Assembly: GCA_041747555.1 (NCBI GenBank)
Contig: JBGTEY010000007.1
Coordinates: 11,426 to 75,425 of the forward strand
Reading direction: 5' to 3'
DNA: 64,000 nucleotides
DNA from: Patescibacteria group bacterium
GTDB taxonomy: Bacteria > Patescibacteriota > Microgenomatia > UBA1400 > PJMF01
Part shown: piece by piece, positions 44,462 to 54,283 of the stretch
How positions within the stretch are numbered: position 1 is the first letter of the stretch
How the letters are laid out: each line of letters opens with the position of its first letter
The notes under the pieces: generated by a model
Told to the model about the DNA's origin: nothing
Seen by the model: the letters and a program-made list of their open reading frames with translations, nothing else
Databases searched by the model: none
Program-made: the position numbers and the translations under genes

Positions 44462-45259
44462 TTAAGAGCTTGCACTTGAGTATTGTTTGAGTCCCCATTT
44501 CCATAGCCAGAGACTGCCTAGGAGGGATCCAACACCGACTCCAAACGCGAGCAAAATGCTGTAAGAGGGTGTGACATTCATCAATACTTCAGCCGGTACC
44601 GTCACCATCATTCCAACAGGAATTAAGAAAAAAAGTGCAAGTCTAATCGGCTCAAGATAGACGCTCACGGGGAATCTCGCTAGTTGCATCATGTCTCGAT
44701 ACAGCCAAATTACCCCATCTACCTCTGTAGTCAAAATTCCTACAACTAGCACTACAATATGGAGTGAAGTAGCAATGAGCAAGCTATTAAACATGAGAAC
44801 ACCAAACAAAAAAAGTGAGACTGGGGTCAGTGTTACCGTGAGTTGAGAAATAATCCACGCACACGCCGCTACGGTTGGAATTAAGAAGAGCGCATCATTG
44901 ACATCTGGTTTTCCAGTGAGCGCTTGAAACAATGGACTGATTGGTTTTGCTAAATAAAAATCAAAGTTCCCATCGCGTACTAAATTGCTAAATAAATAGA
45001 CACCCCGATAAAAAATTTGTGCGATTGTATCAACGATCGTATATGTCAGGAAAAATACCACCAACTGATCAGTCGTATACCCCTGAAAGCTTGTAACATT
45101 TTCTTTAATAATATAGAGAAACACCAGCGTCATGATAAATCGAATAGTTTTACCAAGCATAAACAGCAGATTTGATCCACGGTTCACAAACGCTTCCTGA
45201 AAAGCGTTAATGGCAGTTATTGACCACACGGTCCAGTATTTTTTGAGTGTTTTAATCAT
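44462..45259 (-). CDS. ABC-2 family (DUF990-type) permease
   Basis: Six TM segments; GNFDFYLAKP and YSSASS end. Confidence 0.85.
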   Translation of the reverse strand: MIKTLKKYWTVWSITAINAFQEAFVNRGSNLLFMLGKTIRFIMTLVFLYIIKENVTSFQGYTTDQLVVFFLTYTIVDTIAQIFYRGVYLFSNLVRDGNFDFYLAKPISPLFQALTGKPDVNDALFLIPTVAACAWIISQLTVTLTPVSLFLFGVLMFNSLLIATSLHIVVLVVGILTTEVDGVIWLYRDMMQLARFPVSVYLEPIRLALFFLIPVGMMVTVPAEVLMNVTPSYSILLAFGVGVGSLLGSLWLWKWGLKQYSSASS

Positions 45260-45260
45260 G

Positions 45261-46052
45261 TTAGTGACCTGCGGAGCTGTAGTTCTTGATACCCTTTTTC
45301 CAAATATACCAGACCATGAGCCAAAGTATCGCGATCCAGAATGAAAGTGTCATTGTGTGTTGAAGTGCGGTTGTGGTATCGAATCGTTCTAAAAATACTT
45401 GCGTCGGTACAAAGGTGAAGAATGGCAATGGCGTCAGAAAAATAATCTTTTGAATAAATTCTGGGAAAATATCAAGCGGAAATAGCTTGCCAGCGGTGAA
45501 ATCTACGATCATAAAGAAGATAAATCGGGGTCCCCACGTATCAGGACTCCAAAAACCAATCGCACCAAAGAGCAATGTAATCAAAAAATTAAGCACAATC
45601 GCACCGCCTGTGAGTAGCAAAAAAAATAAGCCATTGATCAGTGAAGGCAGTACTAATTGTGGCAGAAACAGAAAGTACAGTGCTAACGATTCAAGAATCA
45701 GAAAAAAGAAATTTTTTAGTTTATCAGCGGCTTCTTGTGACGCTAAGTATCCATACATGTTAACGGGTTTGAGTAGCTGATTGCTAAATTCCCCAGAGTA
45801 AATAGTATTTGCTAATCCCATCAGTGCCGATGACAGTACCACAGACTGCAGCATGCTTGCCAAAAAAACGTACGTAATCATCGAACTTTGGGTGTAGCCA
45901 AGTGTATCGGTAGTGCCTTGGTAAATGACTTGCCAAACGGTGAGTGCCATCAGGGTACTCATCAGTTGTCGAAACCGCCATAATAGCACACTGGTGCGGT
46001 AGACCAACCCATTTTGCCAGTTAATCAGGAAGAGATTTGCGTACTTTCGCAT
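45261..46052 (-). CDS. ABC-2 family (DUF990-type) permease
   Basis: GEFSNQLLKP and GKLFPLDIFP. Confidence 0.85.
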   Translation of the reverse strand: MRKYANLFLINWQNGLVYRTSVLLWRFRQLMSTLMALTVWQVIYQGTTDTLGYTQSSMITYVFLASMLQSVVLSSALMGLANTIYSGEFSNQLLKPVNMYGYLASQEAADKLKNFFFLILESLALYFLFLPQLVLPSLINGLFFLLLTGGAIVLNFLITLLFGAIGFWSPDTWGPRFIFFMIVDFTAGKLFPLDIFPEFIQKIIFLTPLPFFTFVPTQVFLERFDTTTALQHTMTLSFWIAILWLMVWYIWKKGIKNYSSAGH

Positions 46053-46058
46053 TACGTA

Positions 46059-47078
46059 TTATTTTGCTTTCGAACCATTTACGCCATCACTACTAGAAAA
46101 GACTTCTCTAATGATTGCTTCAATAGGGGGTTCTTCAATATTGAGGTCTTGCACGGGGAGTTTTTTGAGCAAATTACCCGCAACTTTGGTTGCGTCAGTT
46201 CGGTCTACCAGGAGAGTTGCGGTATATGCAGATCCATCTTCTGTAAATTCCTTGATAATCCCAAAAGGCTTAAGATCAGTTTTGGTGACTGGTTTGCTAA
46301 AGACTACAGATAAAATTTTATTGCGTGCGTAACGATCGATAATGTCTTGGAGTGCGCCGTCAAAAATTTTATGGCCTGTGTCTATAATAATGGCACGCTT
46401 GCAGAGTTCTTTGACATCATCCATGTAGTGACTGGTGAGAATAATTGTTGCATTAAATTCTTTATTGTACTGTTTGATAAAGTCACGGAGTGTTTTTTGC
46501 ATAATCACGTCAAGACCGATCGTTGGTTCATCGAGGAATAACACTTGAGGGTTGTGAAGGAGTGCGGCAATTAGTTCGCACTTCATGCGCTGGCCAAGTG
46601 AAAGTTTGCGGACTTGGACGTTGAGTACTTCAGATACATCGAGTAAATTGACGAGCTTGTCGAGTGTTTTCTTAAACACTGAATCAGGGACTTCGTAAAT
46701 AGCTTTATTGAGTAAAAAAGTCTCCATAGCAGGCAAATCCCACCAGAGTTGGTTTTTTTGACCCATGACTAATGAAAATTGCTTTTGAAATGCTGCCTGG
46801 CGATCCCAAGGATTGTAGCCAAGTACGCTCACCTCACCTGCGGTGGGATAGAGAAGGCCTGACAAGACTTTGAGTGTGGTGGTTTTGCCGGCGCCATTTT
46901 GACCGATAAATCCGACGACTTCACCGGGTTCGATTTCAAAAGAAATGTCGTCTACTGCTTTGACCGTTTCGTATTTCCTGTTCCAGAGTGAGGTGATAGA
47001 ACCCATGAGTCCCGGTTGTTTTTGATAGACCTCATAGTACTTCTTGAGATTTTTGACAGAGATAGCTGAAGATGACAT
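46059..47078 (-). CDS. ABC transporter ATP-binding protein
   Basis: Walker A GQNGAGKTT, LSLGQ and FLDEPTIGLD. Confidence 0.95.
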   Translation of the reverse strand: MSSSAISVKNLKKYYEVYQKQPGLMGSITSLWNRKYETVKAVDDISFEIEPGEVVGFIGQNGAGKTTTLKVLSGLLYPTAGEVSVLGYNPWDRQAAFQKQFSLVMGQKNQLWWDLPAMETFLLNKAIYEVPDSVFKKTLDKLVNLLDVSEVLNVQVRKLSLGQRMKCELIAALLHNPQVLFLDEPTIGLDVIMQKTLRDFIKQYNKEFNATIILTSHYMDDVKELCKRAIIIDTGHKIFDGALQDIIDRYARNKILSVVFSKPVTKTDLKPFGIIKEFTEDGSAYTATLLVDRTDATKVAGNLLKKLPVQDLNIEEPPIEAIIREVFSSSDGVNGSKAK

Positions 47079-47131
47079 AGGTTTTTATTGTACCACTACT
47101 GATCGCATGCGAACGTTTGATCTGAAAGTAA

Positions 47132-47932
47132 TTAAGAGCTAGCAGAGCTATAGTGTTTAAGGCCTTCCTTCCAGGCTTTTTGATTGATAAAAAAAAGAAT
47201 TACCATGAGTAAAATTTCACTCGGGAGAAACCACCAGATCTCCTTGCCCAGCAAAAAAGAAGTGGGCACATAGCCAAAAAATGCAATTGGAATTAAAGTA
47301 AATGCAAACCACCGCAAACTGACCGGAAAAATTGATGTGGGGTATTGGGCAAAGTCTGAAGTTTTGTCAAAAAATTCAATCACTTGTGAGGCGCGAGTCA
47401 TTTTAAAACCCAGCGTCATAAGTGTGGAGCTTGATAAATACATAAGTATTAGTCCAAGCGTAAATGAAACCGCAAATAACAGCACACTCTGTAGTGTAAA
47501 AAGCTCTTGCATCACCCAAACTTGCCTCACAAAAAATACAGTGATTGCTGCTAGAAGTGGTAATTGTTGTACGTCAGGTTTGCTAAAGGTGACGATGAAC
47601 TGAGTGTTGACCGGTTTGGTCAGCATCATGTCCAGATCACCTCTGCGTAAACCTTCCCACAAAAAGTGGCGCACTCCTTTGAGAAAAACCACGATTCCAA
47701 TGACATAGAGTAGTTGAAATGAAAGGAAAAGGAGCACTCCTTCAGTTTTTGACCAACCACCAAGCTCCCCAGCGCGATCAAATGCAAGAGATAGAATGCC
47801 GTACATCATCCCTACATATGCCGGTCCATGCAGAATTTGTAAGATAAAATTTAGTCGATATTCCATAAGGGACTTGGTGCTGAAAACGAAAAAATTCCAT
47901 GCAAGTGACGTATAGCGGGTAATTTTTCTCAT
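47132..47932 (-). CDS. ABC-2 family (DUF990-type) permease
   Basis: GDLDMMLTKP and YSSASS end; paralog of 44462-45259. Confidence 0.85.
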   Translation of the reverse strand: MRKITRYTSLAWNFFVFSTKSLMEYRLNFILQILHGPAYVGMMYGILSLAFDRAGELGGWSKTEGVLLFLSFQLLYVIGIVVFLKGVRHFLWEGLRRGDLDMMLTKPVNTQFIVTFSKPDVQQLPLLAAITVFFVRQVWVMQELFTLQSVLLFAVSFTLGLILMYLSSSTLMTLGFKMTRASQVIEFFDKTSDFAQYPTSIFPVSLRWFAFTLIPIAFFGYVPTSFLLGKEIWWFLPSEILLMVILFFINQKAWKEGLKHYSSASS

Positions 47933-48711
47933 AATCCAGTGCCCTCAAAGTGCCTCAATCCTTGACGCCATATAAATGATCTAAGGAGGGTGAATACGAT
48001 TAACCAGACAGCTAGAATTCCGAGACTTTGTAAACCAACAGGTACAGTCATTTCACCCTGGAGTAATCTAATTGGGGTAAATGCAAGATGTTGGAATGGT
48101 AGGTAAAATGAAACGTTCTGAAATGCTTCCGGAAAAAATGAAATTGGAATCAGCGTCCCGGCCAAAAAACGATTTGTGCTGGTAAGCGCCCAGCGGAGCG
48201 AATAGATTTCAGTAAACCAAAATGTGAAAATTGAAATTAAACTCAAAAAAGTAAAAGAAAACAGAAAGATCAGGGGCGCAAAGACTGTTGCAAGAAGTAT
48301 GTGCTGCAGTGATGGAGGCGTCCAGGCATTGAGCAAGATGAGAGCGGGTAAAAGTATGACCACCTTCATCAGCGTTTCAACGACAACTTTAGCAGTCTCG
48401 AATGACACATAGTACCCAAGTGGAGAAATTGGTTTAACTAAATATTTGGTGAGATGTCCCAATCGAATGTCGTCCTCGATATACCAAGGATGCATATTTG
48501 AAAGACTATAAAGCATCGCAGAAAACACAAAGTAGGTGATGGTTTCAGATTGTGAGAAGGTACTCCCTGGATTGCTGGATTCAACAGCCAGCCATACAAA
48601 CGTCATCATCAAAACCATGCCAGCGTACTTAAAGGTACTCAAAAACAAGTCTGCGCGATACGTTAGTACATCCTGAAAACTAGAGAAAAACACCAACCAA
48701 TACTTTTGCAT
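47929..48711 (-). CDS. ABC-2 family (DUF990-type) permease
   Basis: GHLTKYLVKP and GTLIPISFFP; paralog of 45261-46052. Confidence 0.85.
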   Translation of the reverse strand: MQKYWLVFFSSFQDVLTYRADLFLSTFKYAGMVLMMTFVWLAVESSNPGSTFSQSETITYFVFSAMLYSLSNMHPWYIEDDIRLGHLTKYLVKPISPLGYYVSFETAKVVVETLMKVVILLPALILLNAWTPPSLQHILLATVFAPLIFLFSFTFLSLISIFTFWFTEIYSLRWALTSTNRFLAGTLIPISFFPEAFQNVSFYLPFQHLAFTPIRLLQGEMTVPVGLQSLGILAVWLIVFTLLRSFIWRQGLRHFEGTGL

Positions 48712-48815
48712 CAGAAGCGTATTGTACCAGGGAATATCGGGTGGTTGAAACGGTAGGTTGCGTCAGCCACAAAAAACTGCCGTAGCGTTTTTATTGAATA
48801 AGAAAAGCTATAGCT

Positions 48816-49091
48816 TTACCAAACTTTTTTCTTGAGAGGTTTACCTACGCGGAAGTTGACAACTCGGTGGCCTTTGATGATCTGGCGTTTCTTCTCATTG
48901 CCGAACGGTACGACTTCTTTGTCCTTTACACCGCTGACATAAAACGTGCCAAAGCCTGATATGACAACTTTTTCACCCTTTTGGAGGGCTCTGATAATTT
49001 CATCAAAAAGTGCTTCGACTGCTTCAGTGGCTGCACGTTTGGTGAGGTGAGCTTTTTTGGCAACGATGGCGATGAGTTGTGATTTGGTCAT
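48816..49091 (-). CDS. HU-family DNA-binding protein
   Basis: MTKSQLI...GEKVVISGFGTF. Confidence 0.92.
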   Translation of the reverse strand: MTKSQLIAIVAKKAHLTKRAATEAVEALFDEIIRALQKGEKVVISGFGTFYVSGVKDKEVVPFGNEKKRQIIKGHRVVNFRVGKPLKKKVW

Positions 49092-49199
49092 TAATCCTTT
49101 CTAAAAAGATTATGTGCTATTAGTAAAAAAAGACCGTTGAGACTGGCATTATAGCGACTGTGGGTGAGGTGTAAAGACTCAGTCCACCTGTAATTTGAA

Positions 49200-49634
49200 T
49201 CATCTGCTTGTTTTGAATACGTTTGATCGTATCATAACTGATAGCGATGCACCAATCATGTCATAACCGACGTCGTAGATACTCGCGAATCTACCGGGCG
49301 TGAAAGATTGGTGGTATTCATCTGAAGCTGCATAGAAGAGGCAGATCAAAAGGCTGGTGAGTCCAATTATTTTTGGTTTGAGTGAAGTTGAGATATGTAG
49401 TGCTCGTTGCAAAAGCCAAGCTAGTACAAAGTAGACAAAAATATGTGCTGATTTTTTAAACAGATAATCGAGAGCGGAAACTGACGGGCCAGGGAGCGTT
49501 TGCTGAGAAGAAAGAAAAAATATGAGGGCTGCCCACGCAATTGGGGGGAGGTATGCAGAAAGTATGGTTCTCAAAGATGTTGAGATTAGGATTGGAGAAT
49601 GATTTGAAGATTTGCTAGGTGAGTGTTTCGACAT
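49200..49634 (-). CDS. VanZ-family membrane protein
   Basis: KSAH and DEYHQSFTPGR...D; start placed at MSKHS. Confidence 0.88.
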   Translation of the reverse strand: MSKHSPSKSSNHSPILISTSLRTILSAYLPPIAWAALIFFLSSQQTLPGPSVSALDYLFKKSAHIFVYFVLAWLLQRALHISTSLKPKIIGLTSLLICLFYAASDEYHQSFTPGRFASIYDVGYDMIGASLSVMIRSNVFKTSR

Positions 49635-50838
49635 ATAGGGCTGGCAACGTTTTTTTACGATTTTGAGTTGGTTGATAGAGTAGTATTGCTGCGCTTGCAA
49701 GCAGGAGCGACCCACCAAGTATAACACTTTGGATACCGAGGAGTGAGGGTTCGCGTTTGATCCATATTTTTTCATAAGAAGTAGTTAAATCATCCTGAGT
49801 GAGTGAGTAGCTGTCTGTTGTGGGTGGAGTTAGATGGGCACTATACTTTTGGTAGTCGCGGGCAAAGGTAGATTTTGAGAGTGTTCGAGGGAGCTTGGTA
49901 TCTGACTGGCTGTTTGAACTAGGTGAATCGAAACTATTTCCTGATACTGTGGCAGAACTGGTGGCGACCGAATCAGGGACATGGGTAGTAAAGATTTCTC
50001 CAGTGCACGTTTGGTAGGCAGCTGACGCGATCAACTCAGATTGTGCGGTGTGTACTGCAAAACTGTCTCCGGAGTTATTAAGTAGAGCTCCCGACCAATC
50101 TAGTTTTGTTTTCTGATTAGGAACGAGTGTGCCTGCAAGCGTACGGGTGTTTCCTGATTCATCCGTTATGATCCAGTCATTGAAGGTGTGGAGTGCTGGT
50201 CCAGTATAGTTGAGTGATAGCCATTCCTTTTCACCACTGGGAGGACAAGGATGGTATGAAGTCAGGGAGATTGTTGAAGAATCGAGATTCTGTGAGGCGG
50301 GACTGGGTGTTGGCGATGGAGTGGGTGGTGGTGTTGTTGTCGGAGTTGGTGATGGCGATGGACTGGGAGAAGGAAGAGGTGACGCAAAATGAAATGGGTT
50401 AGGGTCGGTTTCGAAGTAGTTTTCAAAATCAGATGCAGTAAGACTCCAGGTTTTTCCCGGAGTTGAGCCTGAATAGCTCATCGAGGCGACTAGTTGATAT
50501 TCGCTGTTAAAGAGTGTCACACCATCTCCACTGTTATTTAGTTTCGCAGAACTGAGTGACACTACAAAAAATGCATTGGGAGATAGCAGCCACTTATCTG
50601 GCTGAGAGACATCATGCGCAAAATCAAAAATTCGTGCAGGACTTGCCAGATGATCCTCCAGATACCATTCGGTCAGGTCAACGACCTCTGGTCCGCTATT
50701 ATAGAGCTCGACCCATTCAGGTCCGGCTGTGGGTGCGGGGGCTACCTCGGATATAATGATGGCGGCTTGTGCATGATCAACAGCTAGTATCATGAACAAC
50801 GCACAAGCTGTCAGCCAATACAGGATTTTCCAGAGCAT
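49615..50838 (-). CDS. Surface protein with lamin-tail domains and Pro/Ser/Thr linker
   Basis: Signal peptide, IIISEV...EWVELYN, LNNSGD twice, PSPSPSPTP linker and C-terminal TM. Confidence 0.82.
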   Translation of the reverse strand: MLWKILYWLTACALFMILAVDHAQAAIIISEVAPAPTAGPEWVELYNSGPEVVDLTEWYLEDHLASPARIFDFAHDVSQPDKWLLSPNAFFVVSLSSAKLNNSGDGVTLFNSEYQLVASMSYSGSTPGKTWSLTASDFENYFETDPNPFHFASPLPSPSPSPSPTPTTTPPPTPSPTPSPASQNLDSSTISLTSYHPCPPSGEKEWLSLNYTGPALHTFNDWIITDESGNTRTLAGTLVPNQKTKLDWSGALLNNSGDSFAVHTAQSELIASAAYQTCTGEIFTTHVPDSVATSSATVSGNSFDSPSSNSQSDTKLPRTLSKSTFARDYQKYSAHLTPPTTDSYSLTQDDLTTSYEKIWIKREPSLLGIQSVILGGSLLLASAAILLYQPTQNRKKTLPALYVETLT

Positions 50839-50926
50839 GTGCTGAGTATGACAAGGAATTCTTACACTCAGCTGACAGTAACTAAAAATGAGCGCTTCTA
50901 TCCGGAAGTGTGAGTATAAAGAAAAT

Positions 50927-53900
50927 TTATCCCAACACTTTGCGCACATTCTGTTGCACTTCACGAGATCGAGAGAGGTGGGTGCGTGGCAGGGTTACAG
51001 GTTGTTGTCTGGTAGCCACAATCAACCATCCAAAAATAATTGGCAATACCAACAAACCTATTAGTTCCAAGTACTGCGGCCAAAAAAGCATTGTAATAGT
51101 TACTGTTTGCGCGCCATCATCAGCTCCTGGTGAAATCACCCAAGCATTCTGCCAACCATTGGCAACTGTATGAGGGTACGGTCGCCAGAATTGAAATCCG
51201 GAAAATGCAATCCAGCCAGCATCATACGATTGAGAGAGTAGTAGTGTGGTTTCTGACACGGGATCTATTTGAACGTCGGCTGAATATCTAGTTGGAGTAA
51301 TTTTCTGGGAAGTGTTTACCACTGCCGTTGTCGTGTGCTCGACAGTTGCTGCTGGCTCAAGTCTAATCCCAGACAAGTACTCTAGAGTAACTGGGAGTGA
51401 GTAGCTTTCTGCTACGAGGAGCGTATTCACTGAATCCTCACCCGCTACAGAACGATTTTCAACCGATGCCCAATATGAACCGGCATACATTCCTCCCCAA
51501 TTGGGTATAGTAAACACTTCATCGAAATCACCCCCACTACCCAAATGTTCTAGCTCAAGTCGCTGATTATTATTATTTTCGAGATATAACTTAAGACTCC
51601 TACCCACGTCGTTGTACCCGATCATGCGAATAATTTGCGTACCCGGCAATTCGACGGTCGAGCCGAGACATACTGCACCGTTATCTTCTGAAGATAAAAC
51701 AAGTGCAGACCGAATCCGATCTTTGCCAACAGAAATATTTCCCCGTTGATACAAATCACAATTAAGCGGTGTAATTTGTGCAAAGTTAGCCAAAATATTA
51801 TTTCTTTGAAGGGGCGCAAATAGTAATTCAAGTGATCCAGTTCCTGAAGTATCAAGTGCAAACCGCTGCTCACTGATGAGGTCATTCCATATTGTGCCTG
51901 CAAAATCTTGCGAAAGAATTCCGCTTACTGGTAACTCAACCATCACAGAAACGGACTCACCGACTTGCAGTCCTTTTAGTTGCTTAGTTTCAGACTGATC
52001 TGTAGTAACCGTAAATTGTGTATCACCTATGGTGATCTGTGCAGCAGAGATTGGTTCCGCAGTCTGTATTTCAAGACTAGGAAGGTGGCCAACGGGATAG
52101 GTTTTTTCTCCTTGCTTCACTAGGGCAAGCGGGGAGAAGGTGATTTCTATTCCAGAAGCAGTCACGGCTGCAGTTGCCACAGGATAGACCATCGTCCCAG
52201 CTTCAAGTGCAGGTACCACGAGATCGTCAGATACAGATATTTCACTCGATGCATTGAGAAGTAAATCACCCGATTTATCGAAGGTGTGTGCTACCCGATG
52301 TTCGGTAATTTTTGAAAACGGAAATGTGCTAGCTTTTTCGGAAAAAAAAGGCTGGCGATATTCCCCAAGAGTAGCAGAAACAGGATCAAATCGAGTAAAC
52401 TCGGTATCAGATTCAACTACCGTCACGGTAGTAGGAATTGAAACTGCACCTTGTTCAGAGCTTGGTAGCTGATAGACAGTCAATAAATCCTCAGACCAAA
52501 CAGGCCGTGCTCCAATCTCTGCCAGGAGTGTCTTGCTCCCAGAAATCCACACTACCGATTGCGACCGCCGTTGCGGGGCAATGATACTCTCATCAAGCAC
52601 AAAATAATCAATATCATATTGATGAGCAGTAGTTCTAAATCCTTCGGCATCTAGCTCGTACAAATTGGTTGAAAGTTGTTTGTACAGTGTTTCATTGGTA
52701 GCGTTCCATCGGTCGAAATCTCGAACGACCGTCGCTTGTGGTAACCCAAACCAAATAAATCCTGGGCCTTCATATCCCCAAGACATATAATCCCAGCCAT
52801 GGAGCGTTTGCATTGGTAACTGCACGACCCGACTTTCCTCAGGTTGAGTTTTCATGAACTCAAAGAGCGTGCTGTAGCTCTGCGGAATGTCATTATGAAG
52901 TTTGGGCGATATCAATTCTCCAGACAGCAGCGGGTATCCAAAGTACATAAGCATACCTACAAAAATACCCGCAACCAGCGAACTACCAGGCACAGCATCA
53001 GATTTTTTCTCAATTTTTTTAATCCCTGTGAGTAAGAATGCAGTGGATACACTTAGCAATAGCGCTGTCGCAATCATAAATACCAGTGAAAATTTTGTAA
53101 ACGGAAACCGCAAGCCTTCCTCAAAAAAGCTGTTATTAGTTCTTAAAAAATTAAAAATGCTCGTAAATGGTGGGTTTTCATTGATCAACATAAATACAGA
53201 AAATACCCAAGCTGGGACAATCAGAAACAATGCACGCCATTTTTTTAACAATACTATTGAAAAAGAGAGGAGCACCGTCAATGCCACGAGCAATCCAATA
53301 GCACTTACCCCAAATCTTCCCAGATGCGTAATCCAAGGCTCGAGTAGTGGACCAAACGCATGTTCTTGGTTGTCATACACCGACCAATTAAACAAAAAAT
53401 TTCTCAACAGCGGTAAATGCTCAAAAGTGCCAAACGCTTTATTCTGCAAAAATGCCTCTGTACTAAATAATTCATTAATATGTGCATTTTTGGGATTTGC
53501 AGAAGCCCCAGAAAATAAAAAATAAAAATTAGGCAGTAACCAAAATAAATTTGTCATCACCAACACAATTCCAACTTGTGTAGCACTCCAAAAACGTTTC
53601 AAAGATTTCGTCAATATTGCCCGAAACACCACCGTCATTCCCAACGCCCCTGCAAACGCAAACCACAGCGTACTCGCATAGGCCATAGGCGCTGCCAAAA
53701 GACTCACTACCGCAAAATACAACAGCGTCCGCTTGTCGCGATCCTCCAAGTATTTCAGTGCATAATAAAACAACCACCCAATCGCCGCATACTGCACCGC
53801 AAACATTTCAAACACCACATAAAAATGCTGGACCGCTCCCAGATTAAAAATATACCAAACCCCAGCAACGAGCGCCGACAATTCGGCAATTTTTCTAGAA

Positions 53901-54283
53901 GTCTTCGCATAGTTTTGCAACGCAAAACGAACCAATTGAAACACCCCAATCGGCCCGAGCACCAGACAAATCAATACATATATTTTTTTTACCGTATAAA
54001 TCGGTGCAATAAGAGACAAAAGCCACAAGATAGCCACCCGCGGTAAATCACTCATATGCGCATGAGCCGCCACCGCTCCAAGACCTTGATCCTCGCGCCA
54101 GACTCCAAACAAAAGTCGCTTGAAGTTCAGTGCAAAATCAAATTCTGGATGCAGCGTATCCCAGCCCGTCAGCCAAGTAGAACCATCAAAATTACGCACT
54201 GCCACAATAAACGCAATAAAAAACAACACCATCAACGGTATCTCACCCTTTAGAAAACGGAAAAATCTGGACAGGACTTTCAT
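50927..54283 (-). CDS. Large polytopic membrane protein, GT-C-like glycosyltransferase
   Basis: About 11 N-terminal TMs with GWDT and LRFPFTKF; C-terminal LSQSYDAGW...NGWQNAW followed by a TM. Confidence 0.7.
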   Translation of the reverse strand: MKVLSRFFRFLKGEIPLMVLFFIAFIVAVRNFDGSTWLTGWDTLHPEFDFALNFKRLLFGVWREDQGLGAVAAHAHMSDLPRVAILWLLSLIAPIYTVKKIYVLICLVLGPIGVFQLVRFALQNYAKTSRKIAELSALVAGVWYIFNLGAVQHFYVVFEMFAVQYAAIGWLFYYALKYLEDRDKRTLLYFAVVSLLAAPMAYASTLWFAFAGALGMTVVFRAILTKSLKRFWSATQVGIVLVMTNLFWLLPNFYFLFSGASANPKNAHINELFSTEAFLQNKAFGTFEHLPLLRNFLFNWSVYDNQEHAFGPLLEPWITHLGRFGVSAIGLLVALTVLLSFSIVLLKKWRALFLIVPAWVFSVFMLINENPPFTSIFNFLRTNNSFFEEGLRFPFTKFSLVFMIATALLLSVSTAFLLTGIKKIEKKSDAVPGSSLVAGIFVGMLMYFGYPLLSGELISPKLHNDIPQSYSTLFEFMKTQPEESRVVQLPMQTLHGWDYMSWGYEGPGFIWFGLPQATVVRDFDRWNATNETLYKQLSTNLYELDAEGFRTTAHQYDIDYFVLDESIIAPQRRSQSVVWISGSKTLLAEIGARPVWSEDLLTVYQLPSSEQGAVSIPTTVTVVESDTEFTRFDPVSATLGEYRQPFFSEKASTFPFSKITEHRVAHTFDKSGDLLLNASSEISVSDDLVVPALEAGTMVYPVATAAVTASGIEITFSPLALVKQGEKTYPVGHLPSLEIQTAEPISAAQITIGDTQFTVTTDQSETKQLKGLQVGESVSVMVELPVSGILSQDFAGTIWNDLISEQRFALDTSGTGSLELLFAPLQRNNILANFAQITPLNCDLYQRGNISVGKDRIRSALVLSSEDNGAVCLGSTVELPGTQIIRMIGYNDVGRSLKLYLENNNNQRLELEHLGSGGDFDEVFTIPNWGGMYAGSYWASVENRSVAGEDSVNTLLVAESYSLPVTLEYLSGIRLEPAATVEHTTTAVVNTSQKITPTRYSADVQIDPVSETTLLLSQSYDAGWIAFSGFQFWRPYPHTVANGWQNAWVISPGADDGAQTVTITMLFWPQYLELIGLLVLPIIFGWLIVATRQQPVTLPRTHLSRSREVQQNVRKVLG

